A DNA stretch of 64,000 nt from Rhodoblastus sp. (GTDB lineage Bacteria; Pseudomonadota; Alphaproteobacteria; Rhizobiales; Beijerinckiaceae), in assembly GCF_052145335.1 (NCBI RefSeq), contig NZ_JBKQOU010000305.1, positions 7,782-71,781 of the forward strand. Reading direction: 5' to 3'. The translations under genes were made by a program, and so were the position numbers. Of the stretch, positions 1-10,221 are shown in pieces. The stretch's first letter is position 1. Each line of letters starts with the position of its first letter. The notes below the pieces were generated by a model. It saw nothing but the letters and a program-made list of their open reading frames with translations. It was not told the DNA's origin and ran no database searches.

Positions 1-195
1 GCGCGAGCGCTGGTGTCCGATACCCAGGATTCGGGTGCGATGGGTGCGCCCGCGCAGCATGTCGGAGGGTTCGGCCGGGATCATCTTGGCGACCAGGCAG
101 ACCACTTTCGACGCGCCGACGTCGAGCACGCAGAGAATGGCGCTTTTGCGCGCCGAAATCTTTTTCATCCGGGGCAGCGTCATGGATGCGTTCAT
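1..195 (-). CDS. ftsA: Cell division protein FtsA (5' part only, runs off window)
   Basis: Manual translation MNASMTLPRMKKISARKSAILCVLDVGASKVVCLVA...ILGIGHQRSR; LDVGxSKV actin-like motif; ATGA overlap with ftsQ stop. Confidence 0.93.
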   Translation of the reverse strand, partial: MNASMTLPRMKKISARKSAILCVLDVGASKVVCLVAKMIPAEPSDMLRGRTHRTRILGIGHQRSR

Positions 196-1208
196 GTCCG
201 CGCCCCCTTGCCATGGGCCTTGGCTTCGCGCGCCTCGCGAGCGTCGGCGGCCTCCTCGGTCAGGCGGGCGTAGACTTTCCCGGGCACCCGCAGGTCCAGC
301 GAAACCACGTCCTTTTCGAGGATGTTCTTTTCCTGCTCCAGCCGCGCCAGCAGCGCGATCGCCGCCTTGGGATCGGCCTCCGGCAACATTACTTCGACGC
401 CCGAGGTCATTTTCAGCGTCCAGCGGCGGTTCGACACCAAAATGCCGGCGCGAATCTTTTCGCGCAGATCGCCGGACGCCGCGAGCAGGCCCAGGAATTC
501 ATCGATGCGGAGATTGGCGCCTTCGCCGACGACGAAAGGCAGCCGGGCGAATTTTTCGTCGTGGAAAACGTCGATCGGCGCGCCGTCGGCGGCGATGATC
601 GAAACGGTCCCGTCTTTCTGCCACAGGGCGTAGGGCTGGCGCTCGACGACTTCGATCACCAGCCGGTCGGGGAAGAGTTTGCGCACACTGACGTTTTTCA
701 CCAGCGGCAGCGCCAGCAGCTTCTGGCGCATGTCGTCGACGTCAAGGAACAGCAGCGACTGCAGCGGATTTACGCCAGCGACCTGCAGGATCTGCGCTTC
801 GCCGAGTTCGATCTGCCCGGCTATGGTCACGGCGTCGACGCCGAAACCGAGCGCCCGGGCGGCGATATCGCGGGGGCGGCCGTGATCGTGCACGAACCCG
901 GCATATTGGCCGTTCAGTTGCGCGCCATAGAGGCCGACGCCGGCAAACAGCCCGACCGTCAGGACGATTCCGACGCCCGGAAGATTGAGGAATTCGACGA
1001 GCCGGCGCCAGAAGCCGTCGTTCTGGCGGAGGCGCTGGCGCGGAGGGAGTTTTTCAACCTTCGAATGGCGCTTCGCCGGCGCCGCGACGAAGGAATGCGC
1101 CGCCGAGAAGGCCCTATGGGCCGACGCGCCGGCAAAAACAGCGCGCGGCGCCGCGAGGGCTGAATCCAGCCCGTTTACCGATCGCAGGAGGCGTCTTCCA
1201 CCATCCAT
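192..1208 (-). CDS. ftsQ: Cell division protein FtsQ
   Basis: Single TM, POTRA-like region (LPLVKNVSVRKLFPDRLVIEVVER), C-terminal LDLRVP; lies between ddl and ftsA. Confidence 0.95.
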   Translation of the reverse strand: MDGGRRLLRSVNGLDSALAAPRAVFAGASAHRAFSAAHSFVAAPAKRHSKVEKLPPRQRLRQNDGFWRRLVEFLNLPGVGIVLTVGLFAGVGLYGAQLNGQYAGFVHDHGRPRDIAARALGFGVDAVTIAGQIELGEAQILQVAGVNPLQSLLFLDVDDMRQKLLALPLVKNVSVRKLFPDRLVIEVVERQPYALWQKDGTVSIIAADGAPIDVFHDEKFARLPFVVGEGANLRIDEFLGLLAASGDLREKIRAGILVSNRRWTLKMTSGVEVMLPEADPKAAIALLARLEQEKNILEKDVVSLDLRVPGKVYARLTEEAADAREAREAKAHGKGART

Positions 1209-2098
1209 CTAACAAGCTCACCGAACGTAATGCCGGCAAAAGCGGCCATTTCCGGCGCCAGGGAGGTTTCCGTCATTCCCGGTTGAGTATTGACTTCCAG
1301 TACGACGAGTTCGCCCGTGCCTTCGGGGCGATCGTCGTAACGGAAGTCCGTTCTGCTAATTCCGCGACAACCGAGCGCCCTGTGCGCCTTGAGAGCCAAC
1401 TCTTGGACCTTTTGGTAAATATTTCCTTTAACTTTTGCCGGAAGTTCGTGAATTGACCCTCCGGGCGCATATTTTGAATCGAAATCGTACCACTCGCTGG
1501 AAACGGATTTGATCTCGGTGACGCCAAGGGGACGGTCGCCGAGCACGGCGCAGGTCAGTTCGCGTCCGGCGATATATTTTTCCGCCAGCATGAGATCGCC
1601 GTGCGACCAGTCCTCGCGCAACAGCTCCTGCGGCGGATGCGATGTTCCCTGCTTGACGATGAACACGCCATAGGACGAGCCCTCCGACACCGGCTTCAGC
1701 ACGTAAGGCGGCGGCAGCACGTGGGCCTCGGCCGCCACGAATCGCGTGACCACCTTGCCCTCCGCCACCGGCACGCCGGCCGCGGCAAACAGGATTTTCG
1801 CCTTGTCCTTATGGGCGGCGACCGCCGAGGCCAGCACGCCGGAATGGGTGTAGGGGATTTTCAGGATTTCCAGCACGCCCTGGATGATTCCGTCCTCGCC
1901 GCCCGGTCCGTGCAGGGCGTTGAGAGCGACATCGGGCTTCAGGCGGGCGAGAACTTCCGCCACGTCGCGTCCGACATCGACGCGGGTGACGGTGAACCCC
2001 TCGCCTTCCAGCGCCTTGGCGCAGGCCTCGCCGGAACGCAAGGAAACGCTGCGCTCGCTGGAAAGTCCGCCCATCAGAACCGCGACATGTTTGGTCAT
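1175..2098 (-). CDS. ddl: D-alanine--D-alanine ligase
   Basis: GGLSSERSVSLRSG, LHGPGGEDG, EVNTQPGMT motifs. Confidence 0.97.
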   Translation of the reverse strand: MTKHVAVLMGGLSSERSVSLRSGEACAKALEGEGFTVTRVDVGRDVAEVLARLKPDVALNALHGPGGEDGIIQGVLEILKIPYTHSGVLASAVAAHKDKAKILFAAAGVPVAEGKVVTRFVAAEAHVLPPPYVLKPVSEGSSYGVFIVKQGTSHPPQELLREDWSHGDLMLAEKYIAGRELTCAVLGDRPLGVTEIKSVSSEWYDFDSKYAPGGSIHELPAKVKGNIYQKVQELALKAHRALGCRGISRTDFRYDDRPEGTGELVVLEVNTQPGMTETSLAPEMAAFAGITFGELVRWMVEDASCDR

Positions 2099-2119
2099 TT
2101 TAATCCCCGATCCTGTGGG

Positions 2120-2209
2120 GCGCCGTCATTGCGAGCGGAGCGAAGCAATCCAGACCCAGCTTGCGGCCTCTGGATTGCCGCGTCGCTACGCTCCTTGCAA
2201 TGACGGCGC
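2120..2209. repeat. Intergenic palindromic repeat element (CGTCATTGCGAG...GCAATGACG family)
   Basis: Nested inverted repeats GCGCCGTCATTGC/GCAATGACGGCGC and GCAATCCAG/CTGGATTGC; a second copy lies in reverse orientation at 39964-40050. Confidence 0.9.
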
Positions 2210-2219
2210 GTAATGATGA

Positions 2220-3149
2220 TTAGGCTTTGACGCCGATCCGCTTGATTTCCCAGTGCAGCTCCACGCCCGTCGCCGCCAGAACCCTCGCCCTGACCTCGTC
2301 GCCGAGATTCTCGATGTCAGCGGCGGTGGCCGCGCCGCGATTGATCAGGAAATTGCAATGCATCGGCGACACCTGCGCGTCGCCGACCGCCAGCCCCCGG
2401 CAGCCGGCCCTGTCCACCAGTTGCCAGGCTTTTTCGCCCGGCGGATTCTTGAAGGTCGAACCGCCGGTTTTTTCGCGGATCGGCTGCGACTTTTCGCGCG
2501 CCTCGGTGATCCGGTCCATTTCCGCCAAAATATCCGCCGGCTCGCCGGGGCGCCCCTGAAACAAGGCGCTGGTGAAAATGACGCCCGAAGGCGCCTCGCT
2601 GTGGCGATAGCTCATGCCCAGTTCATCGACGGTAAAGGTCCTTATCTGGCCAGCCCGGTCGACGCCCCTCGCGGAAATCAGGACGTCCCTGGTTTCGCCG
2701 CCATGGGCGCCGGCGTTCATCCGCAAGGCGCCGCCGATGGAGCCCGGAATGCCTCGCAAAAACGCCAGCCCGTCGATGCCGGCCTCGGCGGCGGCGCGGG
2801 CGACGCGCATGTCGGGCGCGCAGGCGCCGGCGCGCAAACGATGCCCCGGCTCGACCGTGATCTCGCCGAAAGCCTTGCCCCCCAACCGGATCACCACGCC
2901 AAGAACGCCGCCGTCGCGCACGATCAGGTTGGAGCCGAGCCCGATGGTGGTGACCGGAATTTCGGAAGCGAGATTTTTCAGGAAATAGGCCAGGTCGGCC
3001 TCGTCGGCCGGGCTGAACAGCACTTGCGCCGGTCCGCCGACGCGAAACCAGGTGAAGGGGGCGAGCGGCTGGTTTGCGGCGAGACGTCCGCGCAACTCCG
3101 GCATTTTCGCCGCCAGCAGGCTGGCAAGATCGCCAAAACTCTCGTTCAT
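2220..3149 (-). CDS. murB: UDP-N-acetylenolpyruvoylglucosamine reductase
   Basis: [46 protein letters not shown]; start reset to ATG 3149 (ATGA overlap). Confidence 0.96.
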   Translation of the reverse strand: MNESFGDLASLLAAKMPELRGRLAANQPLAPFTWFRVGGPAQVLFSPADEADLAYFLKNLASEIPVTTIGLGSNLIVRDGGVLGVVIRLGGKAFGEITVEPGHRLRAGACAPDMRVARAAAEAGIDGLAFLRGIPGSIGGALRMNAGAHGGETRDVLISARGVDRAGQIRTFTVDELGMSYRHSEAPSGVIFTSALFQGRPGEPADILAEMDRITEAREKSQPIREKTGGSTFKNPPGEKAWQLVDRAGCRGLAVGDAQVSPMHCNFLINRGAATAADIENLGDEVRARVLAATGVELHWEIKRIGVKA

Positions 3150-3850
3150 GCGAAGGCTCCGTCGAGCCAGGCGCGGAACAGAAGCTTGCCCGCCTCGGCC
3201 GTCGCGGGGCCGAATTCCACCGCCTGCGCCCGGATTTCGCGAGGGTCGACACCGGCCTTGGCAAGTTCTACCGCGTTGCCGATCAACCAGGACTCCAGCT
3301 CCTCCGGTTCGACCTCGACATGGAATTGCAGCGCCAGCGCGTAGGAGTCCAGCGCGAAAGCCTGATGCGGGCAATGAGCGGTGAAGGCTAGATTTCGCCC
3401 CTCCGGCGGCAGGTCGAAATTGTCGCCGTGCCAATGCAGGACATTGACGCCCTCCAGGCAGGCCAGCGGCGAGGCTCGGCCCTCGTCGGTCAAGATCAGC
3501 GGCGCATAGCCGATTTCCTTGGCCGACCCGGGCGCAACGCCGGCGCCGAGCGCCGCCGCCATGAATTGCGCGCCGAGGCAAATGCCCAATGTCGGCTTTT
3601 TCGATCCCAATCGAGCGGAAATCGCCACCATTTCTCCGAACACGAATGGATAGGCCTCGGTGTCGTAAACGCCGATCGGCCCCCCCAGCACGATCAAAAG
3701 ATCGCATTCAGAGATTTCGGCCGCCGGGAAAGGCTCCACGCCGATTTCGCAGATCCGCGTCCCGAACCCATATTCAGGCAGCAGTTCGGCCAGCACCCCC
3801 AGCCCCTCGAAGGCGACGTGTCGCAGGACGAGGCAGGACCGCTCGCTCAT
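3146..3850 (-). CDS. Class I glutamine amidotransferase-like protein (GMP-synthase-like/YfeJ type), 234 aa
   Basis: [18 protein letters not shown]; [15 protein letters not shown] (nucleophile Cys), HWHGD, LQFHVE (His-x-Glu); ATGA overlaps at both ends. Confidence 0.9.
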   Translation of the reverse strand: MSERSCLVLRHVAFEGLGVLAELLPEYGFGTRICEIGVEPFPAAEISECDLLIVLGGPIGVYDTEAYPFVFGEMVAISARLGSKKPTLGICLGAQFMAAALGAGVAPGSAKEIGYAPLILTDEGRASPLACLEGVNVLHWHGDNFDLPPEGRNLAFTAHCPHQAFALDSYALALQFHVEVEPEELESWLIGNAVELAKAGVDPREIRAQAVEFGPATAEAGKLLFRAWLDGAFA

Positions 3851-5256
3851 GCCGCGTCCCTGGCCGCCAACTGGCCGGGCAAGGCATAGGCCCACTGGGT
3901 GATATTGCCGGCGCCGAGCAGCACCACATAATCGCCGGGCCTGGCCAGATCGCGGATCAGGCCGGGCAAATCGTCGGGATGGGACAGGGCGAAGACCTGG
4001 CGGTGGCCGTGGGCCTTGATCGCCGAAACCAGCGCGTCCTTGTTGACGTTTTCGATAGGCGCCTCTCCGGCGGCGTAGACATCGGCGACGATGACGCAAT
4101 CGGCGTCGTTGAAACAGGTGGCGAACTGGTCGAACAGCGATTGCAGGCGGGTGTAGCGGTGCGGCTGGACCACGGCGATGACCTGGTTGGTGGTGGACGC
4201 CCGCGCCGCGCGCAAAACGGCGGCGATTTCGACCGGGTGATGGCCGTAATCGTCGAAAATGGTCGCGCCGTTCCATTCTCCGGTGCGGGTGAAGCGGCGC
4301 TTGACGCCGCCGAACGCGGCCAGGCCGTTGCGGATGTTCTCGACGCTGACGCCGAGTTCATAGGCCACCGCGATCGCCGCCGTGGCGTTGAGCGCATTGT
4401 GATGGCCGGGCATCGGCATGACCAGATCGTGCAGCTCGACTTCGCGCCCATGCAGGCGGTCGCGGATGGTCACGTTGAAGCGCGACACGCCCCCGGTGAG
4501 ATCGATATTGGACAGGAGCACGTCGGCCTGCGGGTTCTCGCCGTAGGTGACGACGCGGCGATCCTCGATCTTGCCGACCAGTTCCTGCACCGTGACGTGG
4601 TCGAGGCACATCACCGCGAAGCCGTAGAAGGGCAGGTTTTCGATGAAGGCGCGAAAGGCTTCCTTGATGGCGTCGAAGGTCTTGAAATGATCGAGATGCT
4701 CCGGGTCGATATTGGTGACCACGGCGACGTCGACCGGCAGCTTGAGGAAGGTGCCGTCGCTCTCATCCGCCTCGACGACCATCCATTCGCCCAAGCCCAC
4801 GCGGGCGTTCGTGCCATAGGCGTTGATGATGCCGCCGTTGATGACGGTGGGGTCCATCTTGCCGGCGTCGAGCAGGGTCGCCACCAGCGAGGTGGTCGTG
4901 GTCTTGCCATGGGTGCCGGCGACCGCCACGCATTGTCTCAGCCGCATCAGTTCGGCCAGCATTTCCGCGCGGCGCACCACCGGCAGGCGTTTTTCGCGCG
5001 CGGCGGCCAGTTCGGGGTTGTCGCGCTTGATCGCGGTCGAGACCACCACCACCGCCGCTTCGCCGAGGTTTTGCGCGTCATGGCCGACGAAGACCCTAGC
5101 GCCTTTTTCGCGCAGCCGCTTGACGTTGGCGTTGTCCGAAGCGTCCGAGCCCTGCACGTCATAGCCGAGATTGAGCAGGACTTCGGCTATGCCCGACATG
5201 CCGATGCCGCCGATCCCGACGAAATGAATGGGGCCCAGATGCGACGGCAGTTTCAT
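3847..5256 (-). CDS. murC: UDP-N-acetylmuramate--L-alanine ligase
   Basis: [35 protein letters not shown]; AGGAG RBS favours ATG 5256 (alternative 5262). Confidence 0.97.
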   Translation of the reverse strand: MKLPSHLGPIHFVGIGGIGMSGIAEVLLNLGYDVQGSDASDNANVKRLREKGARVFVGHDAQNLGEAAVVVVSTAIKRDNPELAAAREKRLPVVRRAEMLAELMRLRQCVAVAGTHGKTTTTSLVATLLDAGKMDPTVINGGIINAYGTNARVGLGEWMVVEADESDGTFLKLPVDVAVVTNIDPEHLDHFKTFDAIKEAFRAFIENLPFYGFAVMCLDHVTVQELVGKIEDRRVVTYGENPQADVLLSNIDLTGGVSRFNVTIRDRLHGREVELHDLVMPMPGHHNALNATAAIAVAYELGVSVENIRNGLAAFGGVKRRFTRTGEWNGATIFDDYGHHPVEIAAVLRAARASTTNQVIAVVQPHRYTRLQSLFDQFATCFNDADCVIVADVYAAGEAPIENVNKDALVSAIKAHGHRQVFALSHPDDLPGLIRDLARPGDYVVLLGAGNITQWAYALPGQLAARDAA

Positions 5257-5274
5257 GCGCATTCTCCTGAAGAA

Positions 5275-6372
5275 TCACTGACCGGCGGTAGCGATCGCCA
5301 GATCGGCCAGCCTTTCGGCGGCGTCGGGAATGCCCGCGCTCTTGGCCGCTTGCGCGCGCCGCGTCAAGTCCTTTGGGTCGTCGAGCGCCTTGACGAGGCT
5401 TTCCGCCAGCCATTGCGGGGTGAAGGCGATCTGGCGGATGACCTCCGCCGCGCCGGTTTTGGCGAGCTGCGCGGCGTTGGCCGCCTGATCGGCGTCGAGC
5501 GCATGGGGAAAAGGAACCAGGATCGACGGACGGCCGATCGCCGCCAGTTCCGACACCGTCGAGGCGCCGGAGCGCCCGATCACCAGATGCGCCCCAGCCA
5601 TGCGCAGCGGCAAGTCGGCGAAGAACGGCGCCACATCCGCCGCGACATTCAGCAGCGAATAGGCGTTCTGCACGCGTAAAAGATCCTCGCCGCGCGCCTG
5701 CTGCACGATGAACAGTCGTCCGCGCTGCTCCTTGCTCAGCAGGCCAATCGCCTCCGGCACGACATCCGACATGATGCGCGCCCCTTGCGAGCCGCCGGTG
5801 ACCAGGAGACGCAGCTTGCCATCGGCGAAATCCGGGTAAGGCAGAGCCGCCGCCGCCAGCACCGCCGGGCGCAGCGGATTGCCGACGTGAACCACGCGAT
5901 CACGCAGCGACTCCGGGAGGTTCTCGATGATCGGAAAGCCCGAGGCGATGATTTTCGCGCGCTGGCTGAGGAACTTGTTGGCGCGTCCCATCACCGCGTT
6001 CTGCTCGTGCAGAATCAGCGGAATGCCGCGCAGCGCCGCGGCGAGGGCCGGCGGCACGGTGGGATAGCCGCCGAAGGAAACCACCGCGCGGGGCTTGATT
6101 TCGCCCAGCAGCGCATAGGCCTGGCGCACGCCCTGGCCAAGTTTCAGCGCCGCGCGCGCCTTGGCGACCATTGAGCCGCCCATCGGCGTCGCCGAGGCGA
6201 TTTCATGAATCGCTTCGGCGGGAAAGGCCGCGCCATATTGCAGCGCCCGCTCGTCGGTAGCGAGGCGCACACGGGCCCCGCGCTTGGCGAGCGCATAGGC
6301 GAGCGCCTCGGCGGGGAATAGATGGCCGCCGGTGCCCCCGGCCGCAACGAGAATCAGGTTGTCTTGCTTCAT
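5275..6372 (-). CDS. murG: Undecaprenyl-PP-MurNAc-pentapeptide GlcNAc transferase
   Basis: AGGTGGHLFP, HEQN, GGSQGA, RSGASTVSE. Confidence 0.97.
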   Translation of the reverse strand: MKQDNLILVAAGGTGGHLFPAEALAYALAKRGARVRLATDERALQYGAAFPAEAIHEIASATPMGGSMVAKARAALKLGQGVRQAYALLGEIKPRAVVSFGGYPTVPPALAAALRGIPLILHEQNAVMGRANKFLSQRAKIIASGFPIIENLPESLRDRVVHVGNPLRPAVLAAAALPYPDFADGKLRLLVTGGSQGARIMSDVVPEAIGLLSKEQRGRLFIVQQARGEDLLRVQNAYSLLNVAADVAPFFADLPLRMAGAHLVIGRSGASTVSELAAIGRPSILVPFPHALDADQAANAAQLAKTGAAEVIRQIAFTPQWLAESLVKALDDPKDLTRRAQAAKSAGIPDAAERLADLAIATAGQ

Positions 6373-7526
6373 TGCGCCGACGCCCCTGCAGGCGTCTTGG
6401 CGCCGCGATCGAACAGGATCTCCGAACGCGGCCGCTTCCGCGTCACGGCGATGAGGAAGCCCATGCCGATCCCCAGCGAAATCAGCGACGAGCCGCCATA
6501 GGAGATGAACGGCAGGGTCATGCCCTTGGCCGGCATCAGATGCAGATTGACCGCCATGTTGATCGACGCCTGGATGCCGAACAGCAGCACCAGACCGGCC
6601 GTGGCGAAGCGGCAGAACGGGTCCTCGTTGACGGCGGCCTTGAGCAGGCCCCGCAGCACGATGAAGGCGAACAACGCGACGATGGCCATGCAGAACAAAA
6701 GCCCGAATTCCTCGCCCGTCACCGCGAAAATGAAATCGGTATGGGCGTCCGGCAGAATGCGTTTCAGCGTTCCCTCGCCCGGCCCCCGGCCGAACCAGCC
6801 GCCGGAAATGAAACTGTCGAGCGCGGTGTCGACCTGGAACGTGTCGGCGACGCCGCCGCTCTGGCCGGGATCGATGAAATGCAGGATGCGCGCCCGCACA
6901 TGCGGCACGAATTTATAGGCCACGACCACCGCCGAAGCGGCGAAGCCGCCAAGACCGGCGATCCAGAACCAGTGCAGCCCCGCCATGATGAACATCGCGC
7001 CCCACACCAGCGCCACCAGCATGGTCTGGCCGAAATCGGGTTGCAGGATCAGCGGAACCACCGTCGCCGGCAGCAGGAGCAGCGCCAGCCAGTTCCCCGG
7101 CACGTCGCGCCGCCGCGCGCCTTCGGAAATCGCCCAGGCGGCCAGCACGACAAAGGCCGGCTTGACGAATTCCGACGGCTGCACGCCGAAAATCCAGCGC
7201 CGCGCGCCCTTGACCTCGTGGCCGAAAAACAGCGCCGCGAAAATCAGCGCCATGGAGGCGATATAGCCGAGCAGCGCCAGACGCCGCACCTCGCGCGGCG
7301 TGGCGAAGGAAATGCCGATCATCAGGATCAGCGAGGGGATCAGAAATTCCACCTGCTTGTTGACGAACTGGAACGGCGGCAGGTGCAGGCGATCGGCCAC
7401 CGGCGGGCTGCCCGCCATGACCAGCACCAGACCCAGCACGACCAGCGCCGCGATGGCGGCCAGAAGCCAGTGATCGACCGTCCACCACCAGCCGGCGATC
7501 GCCGAGCGCTCCGCGCGCGAAACCAT
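6369..7526 (-). CDS. ftsW: SEDS peptidoglycan polymerase FtsW
   Basis: KGARRW, QPSEF, QPDFG, LPDAHTDFIF, ISYGGSS; start MVSRAERS at 7526. Confidence 0.95.
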   Translation of the reverse strand: MVSRAERSAIAGWWWTVDHWLLAAIAALVVLGLVLVMAGSPPVADRLHLPPFQFVNKQVEFLIPSLILMIGISFATPREVRRLALLGYIASMALIFAALFFGHEVKGARRWIFGVQPSEFVKPAFVVLAAWAISEGARRRDVPGNWLALLLLPATVVPLILQPDFGQTMLVALVWGAMFIMAGLHWFWIAGLGGFAASAVVVAYKFVPHVRARILHFIDPGQSGGVADTFQVDTALDSFISGGWFGRGPGEGTLKRILPDAHTDFIFAVTGEEFGLLFCMAIVALFAFIVLRGLLKAAVNEDPFCRFATAGLVLLFGIQASINMAVNLHLMPAKGMTLPFISYGGSSLISLGIGMGFLIAVTRKRPRSEILFDRGAKTPAGASAQ

Positions 7527-7653
7527 GGAATTGCTCCTTTTTTCGTTTCGCCGACTTTGTCGGCGAGTCCCTCGCACTTGCTCGGCGTCGCGTTCGCTCC
7601 TGGCCCATTCCCGCGGAGCGGGAACGGGCGCCCGCGCCCTTTCTTGATAGACT

Positions 7654-9075
7654 TCAGAAGAGAGCGCCTTGCTCGCCTTCATCTTTCAACAACAAACCTA
7701 CTTGTTCGCGGAACGCGTCTCCGCGTTTTTCGAAATTGGCGAATTGATCGTAAGAGGCGCAGGCCGGCGACAGCAGCACCACCGGCTCCGGGGCGTCGCT
7801 CTCTCCCGCATCGTCTGCGGCAGCGGCTAAAGCCGCATCCAGCGTGCCGCAACGCTCAAAAGCGACTTCGCCCTCCAGCGTCGCGGCGAAATCCTCCGCC
7901 GCCTCGCCGATCAGATAGGCTTTGGCGATCCGGCCGAACAGCGGTCTTAGCGGCTCGATGCCGCCCGCCTTGGCCCGGCCGCCGGCGATCCAAAAGATGT
8001 TGTCGAAACTCGCCAGAGCCTTTTCCGCGGCGTCGGCGTTGGTGGCCTTGCTGTCGTTGACGAACAGCACGGCGCCGCGCTTGCCGACCTGCTCCATGCG
8101 ATGGGCCAGGCCGGGGAAGGAGCGCATGCCGAGACCGATCTCGTCATGCGGCAGGCCGATGCGCTCGCAGGCGGCGAAAGCCGCCGCGGCGTTCTGGCCA
8201 TTATGCGCGCCACGCAGGTTTTCGGCGCGGGAGAGATCGAACAGGACTTCTTCCAGCGTCTTCAGCGCCGGCAAGGCGAAGGCGCGGCGCAGCCGCCCGG
8301 AATCATAGCAAACACTGGCCAGCGCCTGCGGGCGGCTGTTGGTGACGCCGACCACAGAGCGCCCGGCCTGTTTCAGGCCCTGGAAAATCGCCTCGCACCA
8401 GGCGTCGTCTCGCCCGACAATGGCATAATCGGCGGCCGCGACCAGCCTCTGCTTGATCGCGGCATAATTTTCCATCGAACCGTGGCGGTCGAGATGGTCG
8501 GGCGTCAAGTTGAGCAGCAGGCCGATGCTTGGATCGAGCGAGGGCGCCAGATCGATCTGGAAGGTCGAACATTCGACGACATGGACACGTTCCGCCGCGG
8601 GCGGCTCCAGTTCGAGGATCGGCACGCCGATATTGCCGCCCATCTGAACGTCCAGCCCGGCCTCGCGCAGAATATGGGCGATCAGGGCCGTGGTCGTGCT
8701 CTTGCCATTGGTGCCGGTGATGGCGATCAGCGGCGCGCCGGGCGCGTGAATCGCCCGTTCGCGGCAAAACAATTCGATGTCGCCGATGATCGCGACGCCG
8801 GCCTTTTGCGCCAGTTCGACGCTCCAGTGCGGCTTGGGATGGGTCAGCGGCACACCCGGCGCCAGGACGAAAGCGGAGAAGACGCTCCAGTCGGCCTCAT
8901 GGAGATCGACCGGGAAGAAACCCTCGGCAAAGGCGTTTTCGCGCGCTGTCGAGGAATCGTCCCACACGGAAACATGGGCGCCGCCGGCGGCCAGGGCGCG
9001 GGCGGTGGCGAGGCCGGAGCCGCCCAGTCCGAAAAGGGCGATATTTTTGCCTTCGAAAGAGGTGACAGGAATCAT
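7654..9075 (-). CDS. murD: UDP-MurNAc-L-Ala--D-glutamate ligase
   Basis: [36 protein letters not shown]. Confidence 0.97.
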   Translation of the reverse strand: MIPVTSFEGKNIALFGLGGSGLATARALAAGGAHVSVWDDSSTARENAFAEGFFPVDLHEADWSVFSAFVLAPGVPLTHPKPHWSVELAQKAGVAIIGDIELFCRERAIHAPGAPLIAITGTNGKSTTTALIAHILREAGLDVQMGGNIGVPILELEPPAAERVHVVECSTFQIDLAPSLDPSIGLLLNLTPDHLDRHGSMENYAAIKQRLVAAADYAIVGRDDAWCEAIFQGLKQAGRSVVGVTNSRPQALASVCYDSGRLRRAFALPALKTLEEVLFDLSRAENLRGAHNGQNAAAAFAACERIGLPHDEIGLGMRSFPGLAHRMEQVGKRGAVLFVNDSKATNADAAEKALASFDNIFWIAGGRAKAGGIEPLRPLFGRIAKAYLIGEAAEDFAATLEGEVAFERCGTLDAALAAAADDAGESDAPEPVVLLSPACASYDQFANFEKRGDAFREQVGLLLKDEGEQGALF

Positions 9076-10217
9076 CAGCGCACCTTCAATGTCGTGAGGC
9101 CGATCAAGGCGAGAACGAAAGCGACGATCCAGAAACGCACCACCACCTGCGGCTCGGACCAGCCCAATTGCTCGAAATGATGATGGATCGGAGCCATTTT
9201 GAACACCCGCTTGCCGGTCATCTTGAATGAGGCGACCTGGACGATGACCGACAGGGCCTCCATCACGAACAGGCCGCCGACCACCGCCAGCACGATTTCA
9301 TGTTTCACCGCCACGGCGATGGCGCCCAGCATGCCGCCCAGCGCCAAAGATCCTGTATCGCCCATGAAGATCTGCGCCGGGGGCGCGTTGAACCACAGGA
9401 AGCCCAGGCCGGCGCCGATCACCGCGCCGCACATCACCGTCAGTTCACCGGCGCCGGGCACGTAATTGATACCGAGGTAATGGGCGAAAATCTCATTGCC
9501 GGCGAGATAGGCGATGATGGCGAAGGTCCCCGCCGCGATCATCACCGGCACGATGGCGAGGCCGTCGAGCCCGTCGGTGAGATTGACCGCATTGCCGGAG
9601 CCGACGATGACCACCCCCGCGAAGGGCAGGAACAACCAGGAGAGATCGACGATCCAGCCATGGATGAAGGGCGCCGCCAGTTTGGTCGCCGGCGCGCTCG
9701 CGAGAAAGGGCGCGGCGAAGGAGTGAAAAAAATCACCGAGCGACGTCACCGGCCCGCTGGCCGAGGCGCACATCATGAAATAGGCGGCGAGTATGGCGAT
9801 CCCCGCCTCGAGAGCAAGGCGCCGGCGGCCGGAAAAACCCTGGTGGTTCTGCTTCGTCACTTTCAGATAGTCGTCGTAGAAGCCGATGGCGCCGAAGCCC
9901 AGGGTCACGAACAGCACGATCCAGACATAGGCGCTTCTCGGATTGGCCCAGAGCACGGTGGAGACCACGGTGCCGGCGAGGATCATCAGCCCGCCCATCG
10001 TCGGAGTGCCCTTTTTCGCCAGATGGCTTTGCGGCCCGTCGCTGCGGATCGGCTGGCCCTTGCCCTGTTTCAGCCGCAGCGAGGCGATGATGGCTGGACC
10101 AAAGAAGAACACGATGGCCAGAGCCGTGGCCGAAGCCCCGGCGGCGCGAAAGGTGATATAGCGAAAGACATTCAGCGGACCGAAATGATGCGAAAGTTCC
10201 GCCAGCCAGATGAACAT
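9075..10217 (-). CDS. mraY: Phospho-N-acetylmuramoyl-pentapeptide transferase
   Basis: [37 protein letters not shown]. Confidence 0.97.
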   Translation of the reverse strand: MFIWLAELSHHFGPLNVFRYITFRAAGASATALAIVFFFGPAIIASLRLKQGKGQPIRSDGPQSHLAKKGTPTMGGLMILAGTVVSTVLWANPRSAYVWIVLFVTLGFGAIGFYDDYLKVTKQNHQGFSGRRRLALEAGIAILAAYFMMCASASGPVTSLGDFFHSFAAPFLASAPATKLAAPFIHGWIVDLSWLFLPFAGVVIVGSGNAVNLTDGLDGLAIVPVMIAAGTFAIIAYLAGNEIFAHYLGINYVPGAGELTVMCGAVIGAGLGFLWFNAPPAQIFMGDTGSLALGGMLGAIAVAVKHEIVLAVVGGLFVMEALSVIVQVASFKMTGKRVFKMAPIHHHFEQLGWSEPQVVVRFWIVAFVLALIGLTTLKVR

Positions 10218-10221
10218 TCTC

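Noticed and set aside
2220-4276. Long N-terminal extensions of murB (to 3707) and the GATase (to 4276)
   Set aside because: They overlap upstream genes out of frame; ATGA-coupled starts at 3149 and 3850 fit better
7603-7629. Hairpin GCCCATTCCCGC-GGA-GCGGGAACGGGC between murD and ftsW
   Set aside because: Single short REP-like stem with no U tract or second copy in the window; function not supportable
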